A DNA stretch of 62,128 nucleotides from a bacterium (GTDB taxonomy: Bacteria > Patescibacteriota > Dojkabacteria > JAKAPS01 > JAJZLI01), in contig DAIDGT010000004.1 of assembly GCA_027459825.1 (NCBI GenBank), positions 1 to 62,128 of the forward strand, in the 5' to 3' direction. Under the pieces are notes generated by a model. The model did no database searches. It was not told where the DNA came from and saw only the letters and a program-made list of their open reading frames with translations. Shown piece by piece: positions 22,418 through 32,395 of this stretch; the stretch's first letter is position 1; each line of letters starts with the position of its first letter. A program made the position numbers and the translations under genes.

Positions 22418-23617
22418 TTAACTAAAGGCTTTATTTAAATCAACTTTTATATTATTAATACCACCAGAGGAACTATATACTTTTAATGTCACTGTAGTAT
22501 TTAATGACTCCTGACCTATAAGATAGGAAAGACTGTTTGACTGACTAACTTCAGTTCCATTAACAGAAAGTATGACATCTCCTGATTTTATTCCTGCATT
22601 AGATGCTGGAGTATTTGAGACAACACTTACAACATAAGCACCATAATTATATGGAATTTTATATTTCTGTTGTATACCGGAAGTTACAAGTTCATAATCA
22701 ACCCCAAGTTCAGGTTTTACAATTTTCCCAGAGCTAAGAATTGAGTTAACATCTGACTTGGCTTGATTTATAGGAATAGCAAAACCAATTGCATTTGCAG
22801 AAGAATCAACTGCTGTATTAATACCAATAGCCTGCCCTAAAAGATTTAAAAGTGGTCCACCTGAGTTTCCAGGATTAATATTTGCATCAGTTTGAATCAT
22901 TCCTGTCAAATTTTCAGTCGCACCTGTTGCTGGATCCTGAGCTTGAACATTCCTGTTAAGGCCAGAAATAACTCCTGTATCTACGGTATTTTGATACTGT
23001 CCAAGTGCATTTCCAATAGCAACAACACTCTGTCCAAGCTGTAAATTAGAAGAATTACCTAAAGGAATTGTAGGAAGACCAGAAGCATTAATTTTAACAA
23101 CAGCAATATCATTTGTAGGATCTGTTCCGACAATTGTAGCATTATATTGTTTTCCATTATTCATTATTACTGTATATTGGGCAGATGCATTAGATACGAC
23201 ATGCTTATTTGTGAGTATATAACCATTAGAGGATATAATAAATCCAGACCCTGCTCCAACTTCTTGTAAAGTACTACCTCCATTATTGATATTTAGTCCA
23301 CTACCAATATCAAAATAGTTATTAATATTAGGTACCTCTTGGGAGATGATAATACTAACAACAGCATTATTAGTCTTACTTACAACAGATGTAATTGCAG
23401 ACTGTTCCTGAACAACAGGTAAATTTTGGACTTTACCATTACTAGAAAGATTTGTTGAGTAAGAACCTCTATTTGAAATAAAAATAGCAGACACAAAACC
23501 AATTGCCCCACCAATAACTGAGGCAAAAATAAGAGTAAACACAACAAAGAAAGACATTGTCTTTCTAAGATCTGATTTTGTAATATAATCAATTTTATTT
23601 TCTGCTGAACTATCCAT
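22418..23617 (-). CDS. HtrA/DegP-family serine protease with one PDZ domain, membrane-anchored
   Basis: Catalytic triad contexts TNKHVV, NDIAVVK and GNSGGPL. N-terminal TM helix. C-terminal PDZ (GAYVVSV...AGIKSGDVILSVNG). Confidence 0.9.
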   Translation of the reverse strand: MDSSAENKIDYITKSDLRKTMSFFVVFTLIFASVIGGAIGFVSAIFISNRGSYSTNLSSNGKVQNLPVVQEQSAITSVVSKTNNAVVSIIISQEVPNINNYFDIGSGLNINNGGSTLQEVGAGSGFIISSNGYILTNKHVVSNASAQYTVIMNNGKQYNATIVGTDPTNDIAVVKINASGLPTIPLGNSSNLQLGQSVVAIGNALGQYQNTVDTGVISGLNRNVQAQDPATGATENLTGMIQTDANINPGNSGGPLLNLLGQAIGINTAVDSSANAIGFAIPINQAKSDVNSILSSGKIVKPELGVDYELVTSGIQQKYKIPYNYGAYVVSVVSNTPASNAGIKSGDVILSVNGTEVSQSNSLSYLIGQESLNTTVTLKVYSSSGGINNIKVDLNKAFS

Positions 23618-23733
23618 AATAACTATTACATCTAAAATTATCTTAAAAAATAATATAAATAAAAGATTAAAAAAATATTAATAATTAATTAATACCATAA
23701 ATATTCTTAAATGTGTTAATATTTAACGTAATT

Positions 23734-24270
23734 ATGAATTGGTTAGATATAGTCATAGTTGCAGTTGCTATTTTTTATATAAAAAGAGGTTCAGAAAGTG
23801 GAGCAATAAGGATAATAACTGGTTTTGCAGGAATAATTATTGCATATATAATTTCCCTAAATTACTACTACCCAGGAGAAGCTATCATAAACCATTTTAC
23901 ACATAGACTTCCTCCGAAAGATGAACATTTAATCTCTATACTTATTACATTTATTATTATATCTATAATATTTAATACAGTATCTCCTTATGTAGAAAAA
24001 ATGGTACCTAAAAAAATGAGAAAATCTCCAAGTAATATCTATGGAGGAGCACTACTTTCATTTGCAGAGTTCACCATTATATTAAGTTTTTTGATCTTTG
24101 TTATAATGAATTTTAATATAAATACATCAACAGATAAAAATCTAAAGAATATTATAAAAAAATCATATATAGGTAGAATAATAGTAAAGGAAAACTCAAA
24201 AATATTGCAGCCTATGTTAGGGAATGATATACAAAAAGTAGGATTAAATGGGCCAAAGAAAAAAGGATAA
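23734..24270 (+). CDS. CvpA-family membrane protein
   Basis: N-terminus MNWLDIVIVAVAIFYIKRG and a 4-TM layout typical of CvpA. The ORF track begins at GTG 23713. Confidence 0.6.
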   Translation: MNWLDIVIVAVAIFYIKRGSESGAIRIITGFAGIIIAYIISLNYYYPGEAIINHFTHRLPPKDEHLISILITFIIISIIFNTVSPYVEKMVPKKMRKSPSNIYGGALLSFAEFTIILSFLIFVIMNFNINTSTDKNLKNIIKKSYIGRIIVKENSKILQPMLGNDIQKVGLNGPKKKG

Positions 24271-25486
24271 TTATATAAACGATGCCAGACCAGGAATTAT
24301 CACTGGTGTTGGTGATAATGATCCTGCAGGAATATCATCATACTCGATTGCAGGAGCTCAGTTTGGGTACTCACTAAACTGGCTAATGCTGCTTGCCATT
24401 CCAATGCTTATTGCAGTACAAGGAATGGTAGCAAGAATTGGAGATATTACAAAAGCAGGTCTTAGTGAAGTATTAGAGATACATTTTGGAAAATATATTT
24501 CATATATAATAATAGGATTTTTAATAGCATGTAATACAGCAACAATTGGGGCAGACATGCTTGCAACAGCTAATGCGATCAATACTTTAATTACTCCATT
24601 CTATAAAGAATACCAAATTTGGACAGTATTAATTTTTATACTCATAGCATACATATTAATATTCAAAAACTACAAAAAAATAGCTTCCTATATTATGATA
24701 GGATCTCTTGCATTTTTCGGATACATAATTACAGCTATAATCACAAAACCTGACCTTATACCATTAATTAAGGGAACACTTGTTCCAAACTTGGGAATGT
24801 TCATAAAAAATAGAGACTTTGCAATTGTAGCTACAGGCATACTCGGAACAACAATTTCTCCTTATTTGCTATTTTGGCAAGAAAAGGAAGAGGTTGAGGA
24901 GAGAAGACCTATTTTTTTTGCAAGAAGAGAAAGAAAATATATATCAATAGGGTTTATTTTTTCTCAACTTGTCACATTATTTATAATGACAGCAGCAGGA
25001 GCAACTTTATTTGTAAAACATATAAATATATTAAATGCCCAATTTCCTGCAGTTGCAACTGCCAGCGTATTAAAACCAATAGCAGGAGCGTTTGCATCCC
25101 AGCTATTCTCAATAGGAATAATATCAGCAGGACTTATAGCAATACCAATACTTGCATCATCTAGCGCATATGCAATAACAGATGTAACAAAAAGAAAAGG
25201 GCTACTTTCATCAAAATTCAAGGATGCAAAACTATTTTACTATATCATCATATTATCATTACTTTCAGGAATAATATTTGCAATTTTTAAAGTAAATACA
25301 ATAAAAGCTCTATTTTACTCACAAGTATTAGATGGAGTTATTACACCAATAATAGTGATATTAATTCTCATCATTGCAAACAAAAAGTCATATATGGGTA
25401 AATTTGTAAACAATCTATTTGATAACATATTCACCATTCTATCCATAATAGTAATGGTTCTTGCTGCAATCTTTATGTTTCTATAA
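24248..25486 (+). CDS. mntH: NRAMP-family divalent metal (Mn/Fe) transporter
   Basis: 412 aa, multi-TM, with the N-terminal NRAMP signature GVGDNDPAGISSYSIAGAQFGYSLNWLML. Confidence 0.8.
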   Translation: MGQRKKDNYINDARPGIITGVGDNDPAGISSYSIAGAQFGYSLNWLMLLAIPMLIAVQGMVARIGDITKAGLSEVLEIHFGKYISYIIIGFLIACNTATIGADMLATANAINTLITPFYKEYQIWTVLIFILIAYILIFKNYKKIASYIMIGSLAFFGYIITAIITKPDLIPLIKGTLVPNLGMFIKNRDFAIVATGILGTTISPYLLFWQEKEEVEERRPIFFARRERKYISIGFIFSQLVTLFIMTAAGATLFVKHINILNAQFPAVATASVLKPIAGAFASQLFSIGIISAGLIAIPILASSSAYAITDVTKRKGLLSSKFKDAKLFYYIIILSLLSGIIFAIFKVNTIKALFYSQVLDGVITPIIVILILIIANKKSYMGKFVNNLFDNIFTILSIIVMVLAAIFMFL

Positions 25487-25488
25487 CT

Positions 25489-25725
25489 GTGATGAAACAA
25501 TTAGTACTATACCTTATTAGGATATACCAAAAGATATTATCTCCAGACCACAGCTGGTTAAAAACACTTTACCCAAGAGGGTACTGTAAGTACAGTCCCA
25601 CCTGCAGTGAATATACTTATCAGGCCATTAGTAAGTATGGCATATTGAAGGGAGGATACTTAGGGATAAAAAGAATACTAAAATGTAATCCTTTTTCAAA
25701 AGGGGGATACGACCCACTAAAGTAA
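25489..25725 (+). CDS. yidD: membrane protein insertion efficiency factor YidD
   Basis: YQKILSP...CKYSPTCSEYTYQAISKYG...GIKRILKCNPF..GGYDP matches the YidD consensus. Confidence 0.88.
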   Translation: MMKQLVLYLIRIYQKILSPDHSWLKTLYPRGYCKYSPTCSEYTYQAISKYGILKGGYLGIKRILKCNPFSKGGYDPLK

Positions 25726-25731
25726 ATTTCA

Positions 25732-25740
25732 TGTTATAAT
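25732..25740 (+). promoter_or_regulatory. extended -10 element TGTTATAAT 8 nt upstream of the 25749 micro-ORF
   Basis: TGn + TATAAT at 25732-25740; ATG at 25749; no Shine-Dalgarno sequence. Confidence 0.35.
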
Positions 25741-25748
25741 ATCTGTGT

Positions 25749-25826
25749 ATGAAACAAGAGAATACAACTTGTCCTTGTGGAGGCAACTGTGGTTGTCATC
25801 ATGAGGATGAAGAAACAACAGAATAA
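25749..25826 (+). CDS. 25-aa Cys/His-rich metallothionein-like micro-protein (MKQENTTCPCGGNCGCHHEDEETTE)
   Basis: Read by eye; below the ORF-track cutoff. It shares the motif T-C-x-C-G-x-x-C-x-C with the 38231..38326 micro-ORF and lies directly downstream of mntH and yidD. Confidence 0.45.
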   Translation: MKQENTTCPCGGNCGCHHEDEETTE

Positions 25827-25857
25827 AACTAATATTAACATATAGGTTCACTTTAAA

Positions 25858-26373
25858 GTGGAATATAAAAGGATTGAAATTTCCGGTAAGATTAATCCAA
25901 ATTATTTATTTAAAATTTCAAAAGGGAATAATTTACACGGATATATAATACTTCAGAGTAATATTGCTATCCTTGAGGGAAAAAGAGGTGATATTGATAA
26001 CACACTAAACTTATACAAAGCAAGGTACAGCGAAGGATATACCCTACAAGAAACAAGTTATATAGGAGATATAACAGACCTCATTAAAGTCAAATATTAC
26101 ACAGATATAAGAGTACAAGCTTATATCTCTATTACAGGACACCTGGAAAATCAATCTTATGAAAATCTCATCAAAAGATTTGCTAATGAATACCAAATAA
26201 AAAGGGATCAGGAGAATGGAAATATTAATTTAAAAATTGAAGGGCAAAAAGACCTTGTTGGAAAACTTATTGAATGGTTAAAAAGTGGTACATCCAAAAT
26301 AAAGATATTTGACATAAAGGTAAATTATAAAAAATACACAGGAGAATTTAAGGAATTCTATATATCCTATTAA
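25858..26373 (+). CDS. hypothetical protein
   Basis: 171-aa ORF with a GTG start. No motif recognised with confidence. Confidence 0.5.
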   Translation: MEYKRIEISGKINPNYLFKISKGNNLHGYIILQSNIAILEGKRGDIDNTLNLYKARYSEGYTLQETSYIGDITDLIKVKYYTDIRVQAYISITGHLENQSYENLIKRFANEYQIKRDQENGNINLKIEGQKDLVGKLIEWLKSGTSKIKIFDIKVNYKKYTGEFKEFYISY

Positions 26374-27629
26374 GAAGTAGATAAACTAGCAATTAAAACT
26401 CCACACATTACCCATAAAAATACATTTACAGGAAAAATTTCAAAATAAGGAAGACCTAAGTTACCAATTCCAAATACAATTATGAAAATAAAAGCAGAAA
26501 AAGAGAAAAAGTCTGCTTTTCTCTGTAACCTAATCTTCATAAAGTATACATAAATAAGATAACACAAGGGTATAGCTAAGAATATAAATCCAACAATTCC
26601 AAAATTGTGGTACAGCTGTCTATAAAAATTTTCCATAAATACAGCAACCTTACCTCCAAAAATTTTATAAACTAAAGGGAAATACACACTACCAGAGTGG
26701 TGAAATTTCACAATTTCAGCAATATGAACACTCGCACTCCTATATTTAAATAAAAAATTATTTTTAAAATAATTAGGTATTATTAAAGAAATCAAAAAAA
26801 TACCAATAAGAGATGCAAGGGTAAATATCGACTGTTTATATTTTTTGATAAATAGTAAAAATATACAGAATAAAAATACCAAAAGTAATGTAGTAAAGGA
26901 TAATGCAAGATAAATAAGAAAGATAGTAATAAGTATCATAATATACTTATAAGAGGCTTTCAATTTATCTTCAAAAATTAAAAATACAAGAAATAGAAGA
27001 TAGAATAAAGATACACCATTAGGGTCATCCCATCCTCCACCAAATCTTATAGATCCACCAGGATAACCCAAAGCAGGATATCTATGTATAGTAATAAGAA
27101 GTCCTAATTGAACTAGTGTATAAGCGAATTGAAAAAACATGGAAATATACAAAAACTTCATCCAATATTTAATACTACCTTTATTCATAAAAATAACAGG
27201 AGAAACAAATACAACAGGAATAAATACTAAGAATTTAAACATATAATCATAAGGAACAGATGTTTTTATTAGGTGAAAAGAAATACCATGTTGAATTACA
27301 ATATCAACAATAAAATACAATATTGCTAAAATTGTAGTATAAAAAATAATTTTTACTGCTTTTAGAGAAAATAGTTTTTTATACCTATCTTTATATTTTT
27401 TAGATATAAAGATAATAATAATAAATAGTAGGAAAAATATAGCAGTGATTACATATTTCAGTACTTCCTCAACTATACTAGTATGCCCATATGTAGGAGA
27501 TGTAGTAGTTGAATTCACTCTCAGTATATAGCGATAAGAATAATAAAATTGAGCAATATATAAATATAAAAAGAATAAGTACTCAAGAGGAGAAGAGATA
27601 AAATTACTAATAAACTTCTTCATTACCAT
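26370..27629 (-). CDS. O-antigen ligase/polymerase-like (Wzy-type) polytopic membrane protein
   Basis: 419 aa with about 10 or more TM helices and one larger loop. It is adjacent to a Wzx-type flippase and GT4 genes. The assignment rests on topology and context only. Confidence 0.45.
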   Translation of the reverse strand: MVMKKFISNFISSPLEYLFFLYLYIAQFYYSYRYILRVNSTTTSPTYGHTSIVEEVLKYVITAIFFLLFIIIIFISKKYKDRYKKLFSLKAVKIIFYTTILAILYFIVDIVIQHGISFHLIKTSVPYDYMFKFLVFIPVVFVSPVIFMNKGSIKYWMKFLYISMFFQFAYTLVQLGLLITIHRYPALGYPGGSIRFGGGWDDPNGVSLFYLLFLVFLIFEDKLKASYKYIMILITIFLIYLALSFTTLLLVFLFCIFLLFIKKYKQSIFTLASLIGIFLISLIIPNYFKNNFLFKYRSASVHIAEIVKFHHSGSVYFPLVYKIFGGKVAVFMENFYRQLYHNFGIVGFIFLAIPLCYLIYVYFMKIRLQRKADFFSFSAFIFIIVFGIGNLGLPYFEIFPVNVFLWVMCGVLIASLSTS

Positions 27630-27698
27630 TGTGATAAAATAAAAAACAATTATAAGAATATCATTTTATATTTCTAATCTCAACATACAAAAGCCATA

Positions 27699-29123
27699 AT
27701 GATAGGACAATTAAAACTTAATACTTACTGGCTACTGCTATCACAAGGCCTTAGTATCATTGCTGCACTAATTTTATCTTTAATTCTTGCAAGGCATCTA
27801 GGACCTGTATATAACGGAGAATATGGTTTTGCAAGCTCCATCGTAAGTATATTTGCAGTATTTGTCGATTTTGGCATTTCAGTGATTACAATAAGAGACC
27901 TTGCAAGAGACCTGACACAAACAAAGAAATACATTGACAATATTATGTTATTGAAGATAATTATAGGCATAATACTTCTTTTCATGATATTTATAACCTC
28001 AATATTTTTAAAGAATAAATTTTCAGGTATTACGTTATTAATGTTGCTTCTTGGAACATACAACATATTAAGTGGAGGATTCAATCCTTTTTTGAGGGGA
28101 ATATTTAGATCATATAGTAAAATGAAGTATGAATCTATTACTATAATATCTGAAAAAATTATTTTAATTATATTAGGAGTAATTGCACTCTTTTACTATA
28201 AAAGTATTGTTCTTTATTCTCTCTCATTAACAATATCAGCTGCTGCAGGGATGGCAGTCACTATTTACATAATCAGGAAGAGATTTACAAATTTTTTCTA
28301 TGAAATAGATTGGAAATTCTGGAAATATATTTTAAAAGAAATTTGGCCATTTGGATTATCATCTATAATGATCACGATATATTTTTCTATAGATCAGACA
28401 ATAATAGGTATTTTAAAACCAATCATTGATGTAGGATATTTTTCTCTGGCAAGGTCCACAACAGCAGTTGTAGGTTCAATAATAGGAATATTGGCAGGAG
28501 TATTGTTTCCTACATTTTCATCTTTATATAAAAGTAATATCAAAGAGCTTGAAAAACTAATTGATAACGCATTAAAGTTTATGGTTATTATTGCAATGGC
28601 ATTTTTCACAGAGATGTTACTTTTGTCTCATAATTTAGTTCTTCTGGTATTTGGATATAAATATTTACCTTCTGTAAATCCATTAATACTATTATCGTGT
28701 GCAACAACAATTATTTTTATAAATACTCTGCTTGGAAATGTACTCTCTGCAACTGATAAACAAAAAGCTTTTATGCCTGGATTATTTATATCAATGATAA
28801 TCAATATATTAGTCAATTTAATATTAATACCAAGATATGGAATTAATGGAAGTGCAATAGCATCAATATTTACAGAGGGATTTTTAACTATATATATTTA
28901 TAAATTGGTTAATAAAGAAATTAATGTAAAAATACATAAACACTTATTAAAACCATTAATTGCATCTGGTGTAATGGCAATAATAATTATACTACTTCAC
29001 TCAGTTGAGGTAATTGCTTTATCTCTAATTGGAATTATAGTATACTTTTTGGCACTGATTATTATCAAAGGCATCAGTATAAAATTTATTAAAGAAGAAA
29101 TTTTAACCCTAAAAAGAGTATGA
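27699..29123 (+). CDS. Wzx-type oligosaccharide flippase (MOP superfamily polysaccharide biosynthesis protein)
   Basis: 474 aa with about 12-14 TM helices and the family-typical N-terminus. Its stop overlaps the next start (ATGA at 29120-29123). Confidence 0.7.
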   Translation: MIGQLKLNTYWLLLSQGLSIIAALILSLILARHLGPVYNGEYGFASSIVSIFAVFVDFGISVITIRDLARDLTQTKKYIDNIMLLKIIIGIILLFMIFITSIFLKNKFSGITLLMLLLGTYNILSGGFNPFLRGIFRSYSKMKYESITIISEKIILIILGVIALFYYKSIVLYSLSLTISAAAGMAVTIYIIRKRFTNFFYEIDWKFWKYILKEIWPFGLSSIMITIYFSIDQTIIGILKPIIDVGYFSLARSTTAVVGSIIGILAGVLFPTFSSLYKSNIKELEKLIDNALKFMVIIAMAFFTEMLLLSHNLVLLVFGYKYLPSVNPLILLSCATTIIFINTLLGNVLSATDKQKAFMPGLFISMIINILVNLILIPRYGINGSAIASIFTEGFLTIYIYKLVNKEINVKIHKHLLKPLIASGVMAIIIILLHSVEVIALSLIGIIVYFLALIIIKGISIKFIKEEILTLKRV

Positions 29124-30259
29124 AAATAGCAATTGATTGCAGGGAGGCAAATACTAAAGCTGGTATTGGAAGATTAACATACAGCTTAATATCTGAAGTA
29201 CTAAAAATAGATAAAAAGAATAAATACATAGTATTATTATCTGACGAAGATGCATTTTCTGAAATTAAAAAGAGAAATGTGAAAAAACTCATATTTAAAG
29301 GGGCAAAGAGGGCTGTAAAAAAACCTTACTGGCAATTTGTATACCTTCCGTATATCCTTAAAAAGGAAAAGGTAGATATATTTTTCTCTCCAAATAATTT
29401 TATTACTCCACCTTTTTTTCAAGGAAAAACAATTGTTACCATACAAGATTTGGTACCGCTAGTATACAAAGATTATCTCAATAATTTTTTTGATAAAATC
29501 AAATACCATTCAAGGGTAGCCCTTACAGCTATAAGAGAACCTCACAAAGTTATGACCATATCAAAATTTTCAAAAGATGAGATAAGAAGGTTAATGAAAA
29601 TTGCAGAAGAAAAAATCTTTATAATCAATGAAGCTATTGATAAAAGAATATATCAATTAAAACCAAATTTAGAAGTTTTAAATAGTCTAAATATAACAAA
29701 GCCGTATATACTTGGAATGGGGGGGATGGAGATAAGGAAAAATAATAAAAGACTAATAGAAGCATTCATATCCATGATTCAAAAAAACAAAGAATTTAAA
29801 CATACACTTGTAATAGTAGGAGCAGAGAAATCTAAAAAGACACCTTCTTCAAATAAGGTAATAATTCCTGAAGGGCTATCTGGAAGAGTAATATTTACGG
29901 GATCACTCTCTGACAGTCAACTTGCTACTTTATATTCACAAGCGGAAGTATTTGTTTACCCATCATTATATGAAGGATTTGGGTTACCTCCACTGGAAGC
30001 CATGTCATATAAAGTTCCTGTTATAACTTCAAATTCATCATCTATACCTGAGGTTGTAAGAGATAGCGCAATACTGATAAATCCTAATAGTGTAAAAGAC
30101 ATAGAAAAGGCAATAACAAAGCTTCTAAAAAACAAAGATCTTCAAAAAAACCTTATACAAAAAGGGCTAGAGAATATTAAAGATTTTAGTTGGGAAAGAG
30201 CAGCGCAAACATTAATTTCAGAATTCGAAAAATTAATAAAGGATGATGGAAAAATATAA
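29120..30259 (+). CDS. GT4-family (GT-B fold) glycosyltransferase
   Basis: C-terminal EX7E-type motif region YPSLYEGFGLPPLEAMSYKVPVITSNSSSIPEV. Confidence 0.85.
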   Translation: MKIAIDCREANTKAGIGRLTYSLISEVLKIDKKNKYIVLLSDEDAFSEIKKRNVKKLIFKGAKRAVKKPYWQFVYLPYILKKEKVDIFFSPNNFITPPFFQGKTIVTIQDLVPLVYKDYLNNFFDKIKYHSRVALTAIREPHKVMTISKFSKDEIRRLMKIAEEKIFIINEAIDKRIYQLKPNLEVLNSLNITKPYILGMGGMEIRKNNKRLIEAFISMIQKNKEFKHTLVIVGAEKSKKTPSSNKVIIPEGLSGRVIFTGSLSDSQLATLYSQAEVFVYPSLYEGFGLPPLEAMSYKVPVITSNSSSIPEVVRDSAILINPNSVKDIEKAITKLLKNKDLQKNLIQKGLENIKDFSWERAAQTLISEFEKLIKDDGKI

Positions 30260-31310
30260 TATTGTCATATTAACATCAAATATTGGAGCAGGACATGCAA
30301 CAATTGCCAAGAATCTTAAAAAAGAATTTCGTAAACAAGCAGGTAAAAATTGTCAGATAATAGATTACAGTAGAATATATGGATACTATCTAAATGAGGG
30401 CATAAAATACACATACAAAACCCTCCTATATTCTTTTCCCTCAATATACAAACTTTTATATAACTATATAATAGATCAAAGTGGAGAGAACATAATAGAT
30501 AGGTTATGTGCAAAAGAATTAAAAAGAAGGTATAAGGGAGAATTAAAAAATACAATATTCATAGCCCTATATCCAAATGCAGCTGCAGCAATATCAAAAA
30601 TACAATGTGCAAGAAAGTATGTAATTACTACAGACTATAATATACACAAAGGGTGGATACATAGCCATATTGATAAGTATTTTATACCAAATGATGAAAC
30701 CAAAAAAACATTAAAACGCTATGGAGTTAAGGAAGATAAAATAGAAATTACGGGCATACCAATAGCAAAAAAATTCTATAAAGTTACTAAAGAAGAAAAG
30801 ATAAAAAGATTAATTTCCCTTGATAAATCAAAAAAAACAATATTAATTATGGGTGGTGGCGATGGAGTAATATATCATGCTACAAAATTAGTATCATCAC
30901 TTTCTTATAAATACAATATTATATGCATTGCGGGAAGAAACCATAAACTAAAAGAAAAAATAAAGAATTTACATTTTCCAAATTGTAAAGTGTTTGGTTT
31001 TACAAAAAATGTAGAGAAATTAATTCAGGCAGCAGACATTGTCATAACAAAAGCAGGAGGCCTGTCTATGACAGAGATAATAACAATGCAAAAACCAGTT
31101 ATTGTATACAAGCAGTTACCTGGACAAGAAGCTCTAAACAGTCAATATTTTGAAAAACATAAAGCCTGTGTTATTGCAAAAACAATCAAGGAAGTTGATA
31201 TATTAGTCAGTAAAATTTTATCAGGAAAAATTTCTCTTAACACAAAATTTTTAATTCAGAAAGGAGTATCAATTGACCAAGTCATAGGTATAATAAAAAA
31301 AGATTTATGA
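30243..31310 (+). CDS. GT28-type diacylglycerol glycosyltransferase (MGDG synthase / UgtP-like)
   Basis: N-terminal ILTSNIGAGHATIAKNL and C-terminal ITKAGGLSMTEII motifs of the MGDG_synth + Glyco_tran_28_C architecture. Confidence 0.65.
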   Translation: MMEKYNIVILTSNIGAGHATIAKNLKKEFRKQAGKNCQIIDYSRIYGYYLNEGIKYTYKTLLYSFPSIYKLLYNYIIDQSGENIIDRLCAKELKRRYKGELKNTIFIALYPNAAAAISKIQCARKYVITTDYNIHKGWIHSHIDKYFIPNDETKKTLKRYGVKEDKIEITGIPIAKKFYKVTKEEKIKRLISLDKSKKTILIMGGGDGVIYHATKLVSSLSYKYNIICIAGRNHKLKEKIKNLHFPNCKVFGFTKNVEKLIQAADIVITKAGGLSMTEIITMQKPVIVYKQLPGQEALNSQYFEKHKACVIAKTIKEVDILVSKILSGKISLNTKFLIQKGVSIDQVIGIIKKDL

Positions 31311-32395
31311 GAATATTTCTAGATGCAAGACTTGCTCTGACAAACACGGGGACAGGAAGAGTGACATACAATCTTTTTAAGGAAGTGTTAATTCAAGACA
31401 AACAAAATGACTACACTATATTATATGACAAGAAGGATCCTTTCCCAGAAATAAAATGTAAAAAAATTAAGGTACGTAATAAAGATAGTAGATTTTCTTA
31501 CCTATGGCAATTATTCATACTTCCTAAAATTTTAAATGAGAATAAAGCAGAGATATTCTTATCTATAGAGAATATGGTATGCCCACTTACATTTAAAGGA
31601 AAACTAATTATATCTATACAAGATTTGATTCCATTGGCAATTAAAGGTTACTATAACAGACTAAATGACAAAATAAGATACAAAATACAGACAATAACTC
31701 TTCTTACAAAAGCAAAAGGTGCAGAAATAATAACAGTATCAGAATTTTCAAAAGGAGAAATAAATAAATACCTACATATACCAAAAGATAAGATACATGT
31801 TATTGAAAATGCATATACAAAGGATGATGCAAAAATAAATACAGACAAAATACTAAAAAGTTTGAATATAAATTTTCCATATATTTTAGCTATTGGCGGA
31901 GCAGAAAAAAGAAAGAATAATAAGACGCTAATACAGGCATATAAAAGACTTAACATAAAAGAACACCTAGTTATAGTAGGAAATATAAAAAGAGGGAAGG
32001 AAGCTTCTCAATTTGATAGACTACCCAAAGGGGAGAAAATTCATTTTGTTGGAAACGTTTCAAATGAAGAAATGTTGTCTTTATATACAAAAGCATCTAT
32101 ATTTGCATACATTTCATACTATGAAGGATTTGGTCTTCCTATACTTGAAGCCTTTTCAAAAAATATTCCTACAATTGTATCAAATACAACATCTATACCC
32201 GAGGTTGCAGGGAAAGGAGCTATTCTTGTAGATCCATTCAATCGAAAACAAATAGCCACAAGTATAGAGAAAATATTAACTAATAAAGAAGAAAAAAATA
32301 AAATAATTAACCTTGCAAAAGAACAATTGAAAAAGTATAGTTGGAGAAAATCAGCATTAAAGTTAATAAAATTATTTAACACTATCAATATATGA
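31307..32395 (+). CDS. GT4-family glycosyltransferase (paralogue of 29120..30259)
   Basis: YISYYEGFGLPILEAFSKNIPTIVSNTTSIPEV. The N-terminus aligns with the 29120 gene (GIGRLTYSL versus GTGRVTYNL). Confidence 0.85.
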   Translation: MRIFLDARLALTNTGTGRVTYNLFKEVLIQDKQNDYTILYDKKDPFPEIKCKKIKVRNKDSRFSYLWQLFILPKILNENKAEIFLSIENMVCPLTFKGKLIISIQDLIPLAIKGYYNRLNDKIRYKIQTITLLTKAKGAEIITVSEFSKGEINKYLHIPKDKIHVIENAYTKDDAKINTDKILKSLNINFPYILAIGGAEKRKNNKTLIQAYKRLNIKEHLVIVGNIKRGKEASQFDRLPKGEKIHFVGNVSNEEMLSLYTKASIFAYISYYEGFGLPILEAFSKNIPTIVSNTTSIPEVAGKGAILVDPFNRKQIATSIEKILTNKEEKNKIINLAKEQLKKYSWRKSALKLIKLFNTINI

